Positions 26,753 to 36,414 of a stretch of 64,000 nt of DNA are shown here, in pieces. Below the pieces are notes generated by a model. That model was not told where the DNA came from and ran no database searches. It saw nothing but the letters and a program-made list of their open reading frames with translations. Each line of letters begins with the position of its first letter. Position 1 is the stretch's first letter. The position numbers were made by a program, and so were the translations under genes. Source of the stretch: Bacteroidales bacterium (lineage in GTDB: Bacteria; Bacteroidota; Bacteroidia; Bacteroidales; UBA1715); the NCBI GenBank assembly GCA_031286165.1, contig JAITUU010000005.1:20669-84668 (forward strand), in the 5' to 3' direction.

Positions 26753-27930
26753 TGGCTGTACTTTCCTTACAATCATCGCAGCGCATAGTTTCATTGCGAT
26801 TTTTACTTATCGTTCTGGTAGTATTTGCTCACGCCAATATTACCGAAGTGAATTTTACCGAAGGTACACAGGCATTTGCAATTCCCTCATACATACAATT
26901 TATTCGTTTTGCCATTTCCGATGTTATTGCCCGCTGCGAAGTGTCGGTATTCTTTTTCATTTCGGGATTTTTGCTTTATTCCAAAATGTATCCCTTCTCC
27001 GAAGTGTTTTCGCGCCGCAGCAAATCAATTTTGTTGCCATACATATTATGGAATTTATTGGTAGTGGGCATGTTTTTTGTGATGCAAAGTTTTTCCTTCA
27101 CCCAAGCATATTTTTCCAATCCCGATAATATAATTCGCAATTTTGGTTTCATAGATTGGGTTGATATATTTTGGGGCAAACTCACCACCACGCGCAACGG
27201 CTACCCCATGATAGTGCAGTTTTGGTTTTTGCGCGATTTATATATTATGAGTTTGCTCTGCTACGTCCTTAAATGGATTATCGACAAAATTCCGCTTATC
27301 TTCCTCTGTATCATTACCGTAGTGTGGATTTTCAATATAGAACTTTACATAGTTGCACCGCGAGCACTACTCTTTTTCTCGCTTTCGTACTATGCCGTAA
27401 AATACGGAAAACAAATTGATACTGTGGACGTTATACCGTTCAAAATTCTTATTCCGGTATATGCTCTCACGGTGCTCACGCAGTCGTATTTATATTTCCA
27501 CGAAGTAAAATTGAATACCATATCTATTTTTACCGTACTCGCCGGTGGCGGCGAAGGATTTGGCTACGAAATTACCAAAATGCTCCTTCATGCCACCAAC
27601 GTACTTTTGGGATTTATTATGCTGTGGCGCATTTCGGCGGTATTTATTCGCCACGAAACATTATACAACGTGCTTGCATGGCTTTCGGCATTCAATTTTT
27701 TTGTGTATGCCACTCACGAGCCGTTGCTCACTATGGTGAATAAAATTATGGCAAAATATATCCACGTGCAAGGCTTCGGATTTTTGCTGCAATATTTCGC
27801 GCTCGCCTTTGGTATTATTAGCATCACCCTTGTTGCCGGCGTAATTATGAAACGATTTTTACCTACTCCTTACGCCATTTTAACCGGCGGCAGATTGAAT
27901 CCGTTTTTTGTAAAATTGGGAAAAAACTAA
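26752..27930 (+). CDS. acyltransferase family 3 membrane protein
   Basis: LRFLLIVLVVFAHAN and about 10 hydrophobic helices. The start overlaps the thrH stop (TAATG). Confidence 0.7.
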   Translation: MAVLSLQSSQRIVSLRFLLIVLVVFAHANITEVNFTEGTQAFAIPSYIQFIRFAISDVIARCEVSVFFFISGFLLYSKMYPFSEVFSRRSKSILLPYILWNLLVVGMFFVMQSFSFTQAYFSNPDNIIRNFGFIDWVDIFWGKLTTTRNGYPMIVQFWFLRDLYIMSLLCYVLKWIIDKIPLIFLCIITVVWIFNIELYIVAPRALLFFSLSYYAVKYGKQIDTVDVIPFKILIPVYALTVLTQSYLYFHEVKLNTISIFTVLAGGGEGFGYEITKMLLHATNVLLGFIMLWRISAVFIRHETLYNVLAWLSAFNFFVYATHEPLLTMVNKIMAKYIHVQGFGFLLQYFALAFGIISITLVAGVIMKRFLPTPYAILTGGRLNPFFVKLGKN

Positions 27931-27951
27931 GTTATATGTGTGTTTTTTTCG

Positions 27952-27959
27952 TAGTTTTG
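27952..27959 (+). promoter_or_regulatory. -7 box TAnnTTTG
   Basis: tagttttg, 29 nt upstream of ATG 27989. Confidence 0.55.
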
Positions 27960-27988
27960 CGATACAATCAACGCAAAAAAATACTGTT

Positions 27989-28666
27989 ATGAAATACATT
28001 CTCAACTTTCTCGCCGAACTGAGCGAAAACAATACCAAAACGTGGTTCGATGCCCACAAAGCAACCTATAAACAAGCGCAAGCAGCATTTCATGACTTTG
28101 CCGAACAAGTATTGCAGCAATTAACCGCGCTCGATGAGCAGTTGAGAGGATTGGAACTCAAACAATGCACCTATCGCATCAATCGCGATGTGCGATTCAG
28201 CAACGATAAAAGTCCGTATAAAACACATTTTGGCGCGTATTTTTGTCCCGGAGGGAAAAAATCGGGAATGGCAGGCTACTATTTTCACATAGAAGCACCA
28301 AACTCACAATTTATTGGAAATCATTTACTTGCCGCAGGCACTCATTGCAGCATGCCCAACGCACTTACAAGTATGCGTACCGAAATTTTTGATAACACAA
28401 AGGAATTTTTGACCAATATGAAACGTGCATCATCGTGGTATTTGGAACGCGACAATGCACTCAAAAACGTTCCCAAAGGATTTCCCAAAGATTTTGAACA
28501 CGGCGATTTACTCAAATTGAAGGATTATTGTTTGTGTCAAAATCTTTCCACCGAGCAACTTCTTTCGCCCGATTTACTCGATTTTACGGTGGCGGAATTT
28601 GCAAAAACAGTACCCTTTGTGCAACAAATGAATAAGGCAATAGCCTACGAATTGGAAAATAACTAA
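27989..28666 (+). CDS. DUF2461 (TIGR02453) family protein
   Basis: NNTKTWFDAHKATYKQAQAAF...YRINRDVRFSNDKSPYKTHFGAYF. Confidence 0.8.
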   Translation: MKYILNFLAELSENNTKTWFDAHKATYKQAQAAFHDFAEQVLQQLTALDEQLRGLELKQCTYRINRDVRFSNDKSPYKTHFGAYFCPGGKKSGMAGYYFHIEAPNSQFIGNHLLAAGTHCSMPNALTSMRTEIFDNTKEFLTNMKRASSWYLERDNALKNVPKGFPKDFEHGDLLKLKDYCLCQNLSTEQLLSPDLLDFTVAEFAKTVPFVQQMNKAIAYELENN

Positions 28667-28668
28667 CT

Positions 28669-29280
28669 ATGGCACAAAAATATTACGTGGTATGGAAGGG
28701 ATTTCAAAGCGGTATTTTCAATACGTGGGAGGCTTGCAAATCCGCCATTGACGGCTATCAAAACGCGGTGTATAAATCATTTCCATCGCTCTCCGAAGCC
28801 GAACGCGCCTTTACCGACAAACAATTTATGACACGAAAATTCGCCCGCCCCACTATTCCCGTGTCAGCCGATTACAATCTCGAAAGCATAGCCGTAGATG
28901 CAGCGTGTAGCGGCAATCCGGGCGATATGGAGTATCGCGGTGTGTATGTAAAAAACGGTCAGGAATTATTTCGCGTGGGTCCTTATAAACAGGGAACAAA
29001 TAATATCGGTGAATTTTTGGCGATAGTGCACGGCTTGGCTTTTTTGAAACAGCGCAATAGCAATTTGCCTCTATACACCGATTCTGTTACGGCACTGAGT
29101 TGGATTCGCAAGAAAAAATGCAACAGTAAATTGATAGAAACTTCACATAATTCCGATATTTTCGATTTGATTTATCGCGCCGAACAGTGGCTTGCCACCA
29201 ACAGTTACACCACTCGAATTATGAAATGGGAAACCGCACAGTGGGGCGAAATTCCTGCCGATTTCGGAAGAAAAAAATAA
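28669..29280 (+). CDS. rnhA: ribonuclease H1 with N-terminal hybrid-binding domain
   Basis: KYYVVWKGFQSGIFNTWEACKSAIDGYQNAVYKSFPSLSEAERAF (RNase H1 N-terminal domain), then the RNase H core DAACSGNPG...NNIGEFLAI...YTDS. Confidence 0.85.
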   Translation: MAQKYYVVWKGFQSGIFNTWEACKSAIDGYQNAVYKSFPSLSEAERAFTDKQFMTRKFARPTIPVSADYNLESIAVDAACSGNPGDMEYRGVYVKNGQELFRVGPYKQGTNNIGEFLAIVHGLAFLKQRNSNLPLYTDSVTALSWIRKKKCNSKLIETSHNSDIFDLIYRAEQWLATNSYTTRIMKWETAQWGEIPADFGRKK

Positions 29281-29285
29281 CTGTC

Positions 29286-29915
29286 ATGCACAAATTACTC
29301 TCAAAAGAAGAACAGTGTCGCCTCACTCCGGCGCAGGTAATTGCCGAATTGAAACAGGGCAATTACGATTTTGTGCACAATCAACTCACCGTGCGCAATA
29401 ATTCGGCACTGATACGCAATGCTGCCGGCGGCGTGTTTCCGCAAGCGGTTATACTTTCGTGCTTAGATGCACGTATTCCGGTGGAAGATGTGTTTCACCG
29501 CGCCATTGGCGATGTGTTTGTGGTGCGCGGTGCGGGCAATAGCGTAAATCGCGATGTGCTGGGAAGTATGGAATTTGCCTGCAAAATTTCGGGAGCAAAA
29601 TTAGTGCTCATTCTCGGACACGGCGGCTGCTACGCCATAAAATCGGCAATAGCCAATATTACTATGGGCAACGTTAGCTATATGCTTGCAAAAATTCAGC
29701 CGGCAGTGCAGCAGGCACAACTAAATTTTACCGGTGAAATTTCTACGCAAAACGAAGCATTTACCGATACGGTGAGTAAACTGCACGTAAAACTGATGGT
29801 ACAAAAAGTGCGCGAGGAAAGTTCCATTCTACGCGAAATGGAAAACACGGGCGAAATTCAAATCGTTGGTGCATATTACAATATTCACTCCGGCGAAGTG
29901 GAGTTTTTTGAATAA
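29286..29915 (+). CDS. beta-class carbonic anhydrase
   Basis: LSCLDARIPVEDVF..GDVFVVRGAGN...LILGHGGCYAIKSA (Cys-Asp-Arg ... His-x-x-Cys zinc site). Internal ATG of track ORF 29187..29915. Confidence 0.85.
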   Translation: MHKLLSKEEQCRLTPAQVIAELKQGNYDFVHNQLTVRNNSALIRNAAGGVFPQAVILSCLDARIPVEDVFHRAIGDVFVVRGAGNSVNRDVLGSMEFACKISGAKLVLILGHGGCYAIKSAIANITMGNVSYMLAKIQPAVQQAQLNFTGEISTQNEAFTDTVSKLHVKLMVQKVREESSILREMENTGEIQIVGAYYNIHSGEVEFFE

Positions 29916-29980
29916 GCCCCCTCTAACTCCCCCAAAGGGGGAGAATAGTTCCTCCCCTTTGGGGGAGGTTAGGTGGGGCT
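29916..29980. repeat. GC-rich REP-like palindromic element / bidirectional terminator
   Basis: gccccctctaactcccccaaagggggag ... ctcccctttgggggaggttaggtggggc; two imperfect inverted arms, each holding its own CCCC-AAA-GGGG palindrome, between convergent genes. Confidence 0.8.
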
Positions 29981-29981
29981 T

Positions 29982-30626
29982 TTACTTCACTATTCCCACC
30001 GATTGCGCGTACATAATTTTCTTAAATTCAGGAAGTTGCATATACGCGCTCAGTTTTTCCTTATCTACATAACCGCGCACTACCGTACCCAAACCTTCGG
30101 AGGCGGCAGCCAAATACACATTTTGCGAAATAAAACCGCAATTTACCGCCGCCGTAACGTCTTTATCGGCTTCGGCACCTTTTATTTTATTGTAATTCGC
30201 CACATACACCAAATTCACCGATGCGTTTTTCACAAAATCCTGCGGACCGGTGAGCGCACGTTGGTCGCCGGCACGGAAAAATTCTAAGGTATTGGTGCTT
30301 TCGTCCCACACATACACATTTTTCGAGGTAAATACATAAATCGTATATTCCTGCGAATTTTGCGAAGAAGGCACCGTGCGTTTTCCCTCGCGATTGAAAC
30401 CATAGGAAGCCCACAAGATATTGCTCAACTGCTGCGGCGAAAGGTCTTTGTTCACAAATTCACGCGAAGTTTGGCGTTTGCTCATGGCATCATAGAGTGG
30501 AAGTCCACCATTCGTTTGCGGAGCAGGTAATTGAATATTTTGCTGAGCGCAAGCAGTACATGTCATAACTGAAAGCATAAGCACGGCTATACCGCTTTTA
30601 ATTCCAAGTAATTTTTTCATGGTCAT
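29982..30626 (-). CDS. nitroreductase-family protein with signal peptide
   Basis: MTMKKLLGIKSGIAVLMLSVMTCTACAQQ, then ...RQTSREF...LSNILWASYGFNR..., typical of the nitroreductase/SagB-type fold. The start could instead be 30620. Confidence 0.65.
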   Translation of the reverse strand: MTMKKLLGIKSGIAVLMLSVMTCTACAQQNIQLPAPQTNGGLPLYDAMSKRQTSREFVNKDLSPQQLSNILWASYGFNREGKRTVPSSQNSQEYTIYVFTSKNVYVWDESTNTLEFFRAGDQRALTGPQDFVKNASVNLVYVANYNKIKGAEADKDVTAAVNCGFISQNVYLAAASEGLGTVVRGYVDKEKLSAYMQLPEFKKIMYAQSVGIVK

Positions 30627-30828
30627 TAGGTTTTTCGTTCGTTGTATTAGTGTTTTTTTCTTTTTCCAAAAAGAAGAAAATTCCTGCGGTTATCACGCTG
30701 AAAAGCAATGCCAAAAGTGTCCATAGTAATTTTTCTTCTTTCGTGCGTGTATCTTTTTCCACCACCCACACTTGGTAAATAACCCATGCAGCGCAGAGAA
30801 CTATAAGAATTAGGAGTAATCGTGCCAT
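30598..30828 (-). CDS. small two-helix membrane protein (PLDc_N-like)
   Basis: MARLLLILIVLCAAWVIYQVWVVEK...KLLWTLLALLFSVITAGIFFFL. It is preceded by promoter-leader module copy B. Confidence 0.5.
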   Translation of the reverse strand: MARLLLILIVLCAAWVIYQVWVVEKDTRTKEEKLLWTLLALLFSVITAGIFFFLEKEKNTNTTNEKPNDHEKITWN

Positions 30829-30840
30829 ACGTATTTGTAT

Positions 30841-30920
30841 TTTTGAGTAATTGAATGATTAAATAACTGAACAAAAATACAAATTAGTTGAGAATTGAGA
30901 GTTGAAAGTTGAAAATTATT
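30841..30920 (-). repeat. promoter/leader module, copy B
   Basis: Its reverse complement aligns to 2471..2571 (see copy A). It ends 12 nt before ATG 30828. Confidence 0.85.
30872..30879 (-). promoter_or_regulatory. -7 box TAnnTTTG
   Basis: The minus strand reads tatttttg inside module copy B, 43 nt upstream of ATG 30828. Confidence 0.55.
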
Positions 30921-30997
30921 TTACAGAAAAAGAGGTAAGATATGAGATTAAAAAAAACTGTGAACTTTGTTTTGTAAGAGTTTTTGAAGACTTCAAG

Positions 30998-31027
30998 TCC
31001 TCCTTCGGGGGATTTAGAGGGCTTGCA
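30998..31027. repeat. GC-rich REP-like element, half copy
   Basis: Its reverse complement tgcaagccctctaaatcccccgaaggagga matches the ccctctaactcccccaaaggggga arm at 29918. It abuts the permease-gene stop. Confidence 0.65.
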
Positions 31028-32278
31028 TCAACTAAATCGCACCGCTTCTGCCGGACTGATTTTACTGATAATGAGTGCCGGCAACAGGAGCATAAGAATG
31101 GTAATAATGAGCGTTCCAACGTTGAGCGCAAGAAGTGCCGGCAGCGAAAATGCTATGGGCACGTAACTCATAAAGTAGGTGTGCGGGTCGAGCGGTACAA
31201 TGTGAAGAATATATTGCGCCGCGCAGAGTGCGATTCCTATAATATTGCCCCACAAAAGCCCTTTTCCTATAATAAGCGTACCCACGTAGAGGAAAATTTT
31301 TTGAATACTCATAGTACTACTGCCGAGTGTTTTTAAAATACCTATGCTTTGCGTTTTTTCCAAAATAATAACCAACAAACCCGTAATCATGTTCATGCCG
31401 CTCACCAAAAGCATGAGAATAATAATAACCCACGCATTCATGTCGAGAATAGAAAGCCAATCGAAAATGTGGGGCATCAAATCGCGCAAACTTTCCACAC
31501 GCAAGCGGGTAGCCGTAGGCGAAATATCGAAGCCTACAAGTTCTTGAATTGCTTGCTGAGCGCGGTCAAGGTCGCGGTGGGAATGTAAAAACACTTCGTA
31601 ACCGCTGATTTGTTCTTCTGTCCACGAATTGAGTGCTTGAATATGGCGCAGGTCGGCTATAATAAATCGGCTGTCGATTTCCTGCAAATGCGTTTCGTAC
31701 ATACCGGCAATTTCAAACTGCCGCTTGCGCGGTTGCTTTCCTGCCGTACTCGGCACAAAGGTAGTAACTATGGAATTGCCCACTTCCACTTGCAGAACAT
31801 CGGCTAACTGCTTCGATATTAGTACTTTATTAGTCATACTATCGCCTACGGCAAAGGTAGAACCTGCCACCAGATGATTTTCAAAAAAACTCCAATCGTA
31901 ATCTTCGCCTATTCCCTTCACTATCACTCCTTTCACCGAAGTATTTGCCCGCACTATGCCGGGCTTGGTGGCAAATCGCTGTATGTGAGAAACTGTTGGC
32001 TCCTGCGCAATTTCGTGAGCCAAAGTTGCGTTAAACGAAATGGGTTGAGCCTCAAACGAATTGTTGGTATCGTAATTCACAATTTGAATGTGTGCCGAAA
32101 AGCCGAAAATTTTCTCAGAAATAGTTGATTTAAAACCCAAAATAACCGACACTGCCACAATCATAACAGCCAACCCAAGTGCAATGGCAATAATTGCAAT
32201 GCGCACAATAGGTTTTGAGATATTTGTATTATTTTTGCGCGGAACTATGCGCCGTGCTATGTATAATTCGGTATTCAT
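31028..32278 (-). CDS. FtsX-like ABC transporter permease (LolC/E-like)
   Basis: MNTELYIARRIV... N-terminal TM helix, large periplasmic loop and C-terminal FtsX 3-TM domain. The start is uncertain: ATG 32278 is only 5 nt past a TAnnTTTG box (32284..32291). Confidence 0.75.
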   Translation of the reverse strand: MNTELYIARRIVPRKNNTNISKPIVRIAIIAIALGLAVMIVAVSVILGFKSTISEKIFGFSAHIQIVNYDTNNSFEAQPISFNATLAHEIAQEPTVSHIQRFATKPGIVRANTSVKGVIVKGIGEDYDWSFFENHLVAGSTFAVGDSMTNKVLISKQLADVLQVEVGNSIVTTFVPSTAGKQPRKRQFEIAGMYETHLQEIDSRFIIADLRHIQALNSWTEEQISGYEVFLHSHRDLDRAQQAIQELVGFDISPTATRLRVESLRDLMPHIFDWLSILDMNAWVIIILMLLVSGMNMITGLLVIILEKTQSIGILKTLGSSTMSIQKIFLYVGTLIIGKGLLWGNIIGIALCAAQYILHIVPLDPHTYFMSYVPIAFSLPALLALNVGTLIITILMLLLPALIISKISPAEAVRFS

Positions 32279-32295
32279 ATCGGCAAAAGTAATAA

Positions 32296-32323
32296 CAATT
32301 ACCAATTACAAATTACGAATTAC
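32296..32323 (+). repeat. tandem heptamer CAATTAC-like x4
   Basis: caattac caattac aaattac gaattac. Confidence 0.85.
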
Positions 32324-32418
32324 GAGATTTTTTCGATATAAAACAATACTACAATGTGCCAATACGACAATACAATGAATATCTATCAATATCGCGAAAC
32401 AAATATTTATAACTATCA

Positions 32419-33588
32419 ATGAATATCCTAAAACTACGATACCTGCTGTTTTTTCTTCTGCTTACACAAGGGCTGAATGCACAAATACGCACCGGCGCAG
32501 AGTGTATGAACGAATATGTACCGCATTTGAAAGGGAAGCGAGTTGGTTTGGTGGCAAACCACACCTCCACCGTAGGTTCCACGCACTTGCTCGATACTTT
32601 GCTGAGTTTACAAGTGAAAGTTGCTACCGTTTTCAGCCCCGAACACGGTTTCAGAGGCAATGCAGATGCGGGCGAACACGTAAAAAATAATACCGATGTA
32701 AAAACCGGTGTGCCTATTATTTCACTCTACGGAGCCAATAGAAAACCTACGGCGGAGCAGTTTAAAACCATTGACGTAATAGTGTTCGACATTCAAGACG
32801 TAGGTGTGCGATTTTATACCTATATATCTACCATGCACTATGTGCTGGAAACCTGCGCAGAAACCGGCACTCCCTGCATTATTTTAGACCGCCCCAATCC
32901 CAACGGATTTTACGTGGACGGACCGGTTTTAAATCCTTCGGTTATTTCATCGTTTATAGGTATGCACCCGGTGCCCATAGTGCATGGCTGCACCGTAGGC
33001 GAATATGCCCGCATGATAGTGGGCGAAGGGTGGCTTGCCGGCGGAGCGCAACCCAAAGTGCAAGTAATTACCTGCAAAAATTACACACACGCCATGCGTT
33101 ACACGCTGCCCATAGCACCTTCTCCCAATTTATCCACCATGCAGGCAGTGTATTTATACCCCGTGCTCTGCCTCACCGAAGGCACGCCGCTCAGTTGCGG
33201 CAGAGGAACGCCCTATCCTTTTCAAGTAATTGGACACCCGAATTTTCGCGATAGTAGTTTTTCGTTTACTCCCGTGAGCATAGAAGGTGCAAGCAAAAAT
33301 CCTCCCTTCAAAAACCAACAATGCTTTGGAAGCGATTTGCGCTCCTACCCTACGCACAATTTGCAACAAATTCCTCTGCACATTTTTATTTCCGCCTATC
33401 ATAATTATACGGGCACTGCGCCGTTTTTTACCTCATTTTTCATAAAATTAGCCGGGCATACCGCTCTAAAACAGCAAATTGCGGCAGGAAAAACCGAAGA
33501 GGAAATTCGCGCATCGTGGCAACATGATTTGACGGCATATAAAAAAATCAGAAAAAAATACCTTCTCTATGCCGATTGTATTGAATAA
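32419..33588 (+). CDS. DUF1343 family protein (NamZ-like exo-N-acetylmuramidase)
   Basis: Signal peptide, then GKRVGLVANHTS...VFSPEHGFRG...ISLYG...DIQDVGVRFYTY. Confidence 0.8.
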   Translation: MNILKLRYLLFFLLLTQGLNAQIRTGAECMNEYVPHLKGKRVGLVANHTSTVGSTHLLDTLLSLQVKVATVFSPEHGFRGNADAGEHVKNNTDVKTGVPIISLYGANRKPTAEQFKTIDVIVFDIQDVGVRFYTYISTMHYVLETCAETGTPCIILDRPNPNGFYVDGPVLNPSVISSFIGMHPVPIVHGCTVGEYARMIVGEGWLAGGAQPKVQVITCKNYTHAMRYTLPIAPSPNLSTMQAVYLYPVLCLTEGTPLSCGRGTPYPFQVIGHPNFRDSSFSFTPVSIEGASKNPPFKNQQCFGSDLRSYPTHNLQQIPLHIFISAYHNYTGTAPFFTSFFIKLAGHTALKQQIAAGKTEEEIRASWQHDLTAYKKIRKKYLLYADCIE

Positions 33589-33638
33589 TTCCGTATCTTT
33601 CGAGTTCATAGAATTGTAATAAAAATGAGGAAGAGTAT

Positions 33639-34931
33639 ATGATACAAGATTTACAAGAAAAAAAGAAACGCATTGCGGTGTTGGGTTTGGGTTATGTGGG
33701 TTTGCCCCTTGCATTGGAATTTGCAAAAAAATATTCGGTTATAGGTTTCGATATTAACAAAAGCCGCATAGCACAAATGCGCAATCACGAAGACCCCAGC
33801 CAAGAATTGAGCGCGAGTGCATTTGACGGCTGCGATATAGAATTTACGGCGAATACCGAAGATTTGCAGCGAGCGCATTTTTTTATAGTTACCGTGCCCA
33901 CCCCCATAGATATTCACAATATTCCCAACTTAGAACCGCTGCTTTCGGCTACGCAACTTGTGGGTGCCGCGCTCAAATCGGGCGATTATGTGGTGTATGA
34001 ATCCACCGTATATCCGGGTGCCACCGAAGAAGATTGTTTGCCTATTTTAGAACGCCTTTCGGGTCTTTCTCTCGAAAACGGCGATTTTAGTTTGGGATTT
34101 TCACCCGAACGCATCAATCCGGGCGACAAGGAAAATTCACTCGTGAATATTTTAAAAATTGTGTCGGGCAATAATGATGAAGCACTCGAAACCATTGCCA
34201 CGCTCTACGGTTCTATTATCAAAAAAGGAATTTACCGCGCAAGTTCCATAAAAGTAGCCGAAGCCGCCAAAATTATAGAAAACACACAGCGCGATATAAA
34301 CATTGCGCTTATGAACGAACTTTCGCAACTTTTTGCCAAAATGGGCATTAATAGCAATGAAGTAATAGAGGCAGCAAGCACAAAATGGAATTTTTACAAA
34401 GTTACTCCCGGTTTAGTGGGTGGGCACTGTATCGGTGTGGACCCGTATTATTTGACCTACAAAGCATCGCAACTTGGGCACCACGCGCAATTAATTTCTG
34501 CCGGACGGGCTATTAACGATGGTATGCCGAGTTATGTGGCGCAAAGTATTGTAAAACACCTTGTTGCCGCAGAAAAATGTTTAAAAGATTCGCGTGTTCT
34601 CGTAATGGGTATTACCTTCAAAGAAAATGTGAGCGACATACGCAATTCCAAAATTTTCGATGTAGTAAAAGAATTGCAATCACTTGCCATTCACGTAGAT
34701 TTGATAGACCCGCACGCCGATGCCGACCAAGTGAGCGACTACTACGGCTGCACTCTTGCACCCGAAGCACAAGGAACATACGATGCCATAGTGCTTGCTA
34801 CCAAGCACAACGAATATTGCAACCTGCCCGAAGCATGGTTTCGCGAGCATGTCAATCCGCCCTTTATTTTCTTCGACCTCAAAGGTGCGTACTACGGCAA
34901 ATTTCACGATGTAGAATATTTCAGTTTATAA
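33639..34931 (+). CDS. nucleotide-sugar (UDP-N-acetyl-hexosamine type) dehydrogenase
   Basis: IAVLGLGYVGLPLALEF Rossmann motif; ...VGGHCIGVDPYYL catalytic Cys; 430 aa. Confidence 0.9.
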   Translation: MIQDLQEKKKRIAVLGLGYVGLPLALEFAKKYSVIGFDINKSRIAQMRNHEDPSQELSASAFDGCDIEFTANTEDLQRAHFFIVTVPTPIDIHNIPNLEPLLSATQLVGAALKSGDYVVYESTVYPGATEEDCLPILERLSGLSLENGDFSLGFSPERINPGDKENSLVNILKIVSGNNDEALETIATLYGSIIKKGIYRASSIKVAEAAKIIENTQRDINIALMNELSQLFAKMGINSNEVIEAASTKWNFYKVTPGLVGGHCIGVDPYYLTYKASQLGHHAQLISAGRAINDGMPSYVAQSIVKHLVAAEKCLKDSRVLVMGITFKENVSDIRNSKIFDVVKELQSLAIHVDLIDPHADADQVSDYYGCTLAPEAQGTYDAIVLATKHNEYCNLPEAWFREHVNPPFIFFDLKGAYYGKFHDVEYFSL

Positions 34932-34945
34932 TGCAGCACTCGCGT

Positions 34946-35383
34946 ATGAAAATTTTTCGTAGTGTATTAATATTTATTTTGCCGGTATTTGCAAGTGTAA
35001 ACCTTGCGTACTGCCAATGTTCGGCACTTGCAAATGCAGAATGTAAACAGCGAGCGGCGCAGTTTACGCACTACGATAGTTACACAGTAAACGTAATTGC
35101 CGAAGGTGAACGAGTGGAACTCTCGAAACTCTTCACTGCGCGGCAACAATATAGAATTGCACTATGCAGCGAAGCGCAGTTGCCACAGCTACACATTTCC
35201 GTAATGGATACTAATCGCACGGTGCTTTTTTCCAACACCGGCGAGAACTACACCACTTCGTGGGATTTTACAGTCAAAAAAACGCAGCAATTACTCATTA
35301 GCGTAGAAGTGGAAACCATAGACGACCACGCAAGCGACAGCATTCTGCAAGGCTGCGCGGCGTTGCTCATTGGCACATTGTAA
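34946..35383 (+). CDS. small secreted hypothetical protein (paralog of 52130..52642)
   Basis: This is the real part of track ORF 34577..35383: MKIFRSVLIFILPVFASVNLAYCQ...YRIALCSEAQL...WDFTVKKTQQLLISVEV...GCAALLIG. ATG 34931 is an alternative start. Confidence 0.55.
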   Translation: MKIFRSVLIFILPVFASVNLAYCQCSALANAECKQRAAQFTHYDSYTVNVIAEGERVELSKLFTARQQYRIALCSEAQLPQLHISVMDTNRTVLFSNTGENYTTSWDFTVKKTQQLLISVEVETIDDHASDSILQGCAALLIGTL

Positions 35384-35394
35384 CACATTTTTTC

Positions 35395-35420
35395 GTCATT
35401 GCGAACGCAGTGAAGCAATC
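35395..35420 (+). repeat. REP1-type element (right-arm type)
   Basis: gtcattgcgaacgcagtgaagcaatc; near-identical to 47796..47821. Confidence 0.75.
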
Positions 35421-35430
35421 TCTCTCATTA

Positions 35431-36414
35431 CTACCTACATTGTTTTTCAAAAAAACTCACTTCCGCACTCACATCTATGTGTGGAAATTGTGCATTCAGC
35501 GATTTGCTCAGCGTTATATATTTTTCACAAAACGATTGATATTCAGCACTTTTTCGCTGAAACGGGCGATGCTGCATTGCACGATACAGTGCAGAGAAAT
35601 CTCCCACAATTTTCTGTGTTTCCGCCGAAAAGTAGGTTGCGCAAAATTGCTCCCAAATATACGTTATTGCCTGAGAATTAGGATGAAGCAAATCTTCTTC
35701 ATAAAAGCGGTAATCGCGCAAATCATCTATGAGCAATTCGTAGGATTCAAAGTAATGCGTATTGTGGTGAGCATACAAAAAATCGTCTAACGCCACAAAT
35801 AATCGCGATTTACTCACTTGATTTTCGTGAGCACCATCTGCCCAATGCCTCACCGGACTTATGGTAAAAATCAGGTAAATATTCGGATTGATGGTTTGCA
35901 AAACTTCTCTAATGTGCGTCAGTGCGGTAAAAATTTCCGCAACAGAAAGTTGGCGGCGCGTAAATCGGTTCGCCGGAGTTTTGTGGCAATTACTCACAAT
36001 TTCGCCGCTTGCTGCAAGTGCATACACCCACGCCGTGCCGAGTGTTACTATGCAATAATCGAGATGTACAAATTCTGAACGGAAACGATGTTGCACTTCT
36101 GCAATGTTTTCCAAAACACTCGATTTTTCGGTAGAAGAAAACGAAGAATGAAGAAAATAGGATTTCCAAATTCCTTGTTCACAAAATAAATCCACTTCCG
36201 AAAAAGTTTTTTTGCCACTCAATATGTGCAATGCCGTGAGCACAGACGCCGGATTATACACCACTCCCAAAGGATTTCGCAGAAGTGGAAATTTTGCATC
36301 TTGCAAGCGATTGCCCATAGAATCACTGAAACACGAACCTATGGTGAGTCCGCGCTGTGCGTGCGAAATTTTGAAATCGGATGGTTTCGGGCGAATTTCG
36401 GTTCTAAAAATCAT
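35431..36414 (-). CDS. GSCFA-domain protein
   Basis: LTIGSCFSDSMGNRL is the name-giving GSCF motif near the N-terminus; 327 aa. Confidence 0.75.
   Translation of the reverse strand: MIFRTEIRPKPSDFKISHAQRGLTIGSCFSDSMGNRLQDAKFPLLRNPLGVVYNPASVLTALHILSGKKTFSEVDLFCEQGIWKSYFLHSSFSSTEKSSVLENIAEVQHRFRSEFVHLDYCIVTLGTAWVYALAASGEIVSNCHKTPANRFTRRQLSVAEIFTALTHIREVLQTINPNIYLIFTISPVRHWADGAHENQVSKSRLFVALDDFLYAHHNTHYFESYELLIDDLRDYRFYEEDLLHPNSQAITYIWEQFCATYFSAETQKIVGDFSALYRAMQHRPFQRKSAEYQSFCEKYITLSKSLNAQFPHIDVSAEVSFFEKQCR

Noticed and set aside
30902-31336. 144-aa plus-strand ORF.
   Set aside because: It starts in repeat DNA, crosses a REP-like element and then runs antisense to the FtsX-like permease gene.
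34577-35383. 268-aa ORF from the track.
   Set aside because: Its first ~120 codons overlap the sugar dehydrogenase in another frame and translate to R/C-rich junk. Only the part from ATG 34931/34946, which has a signal peptide, is kept.
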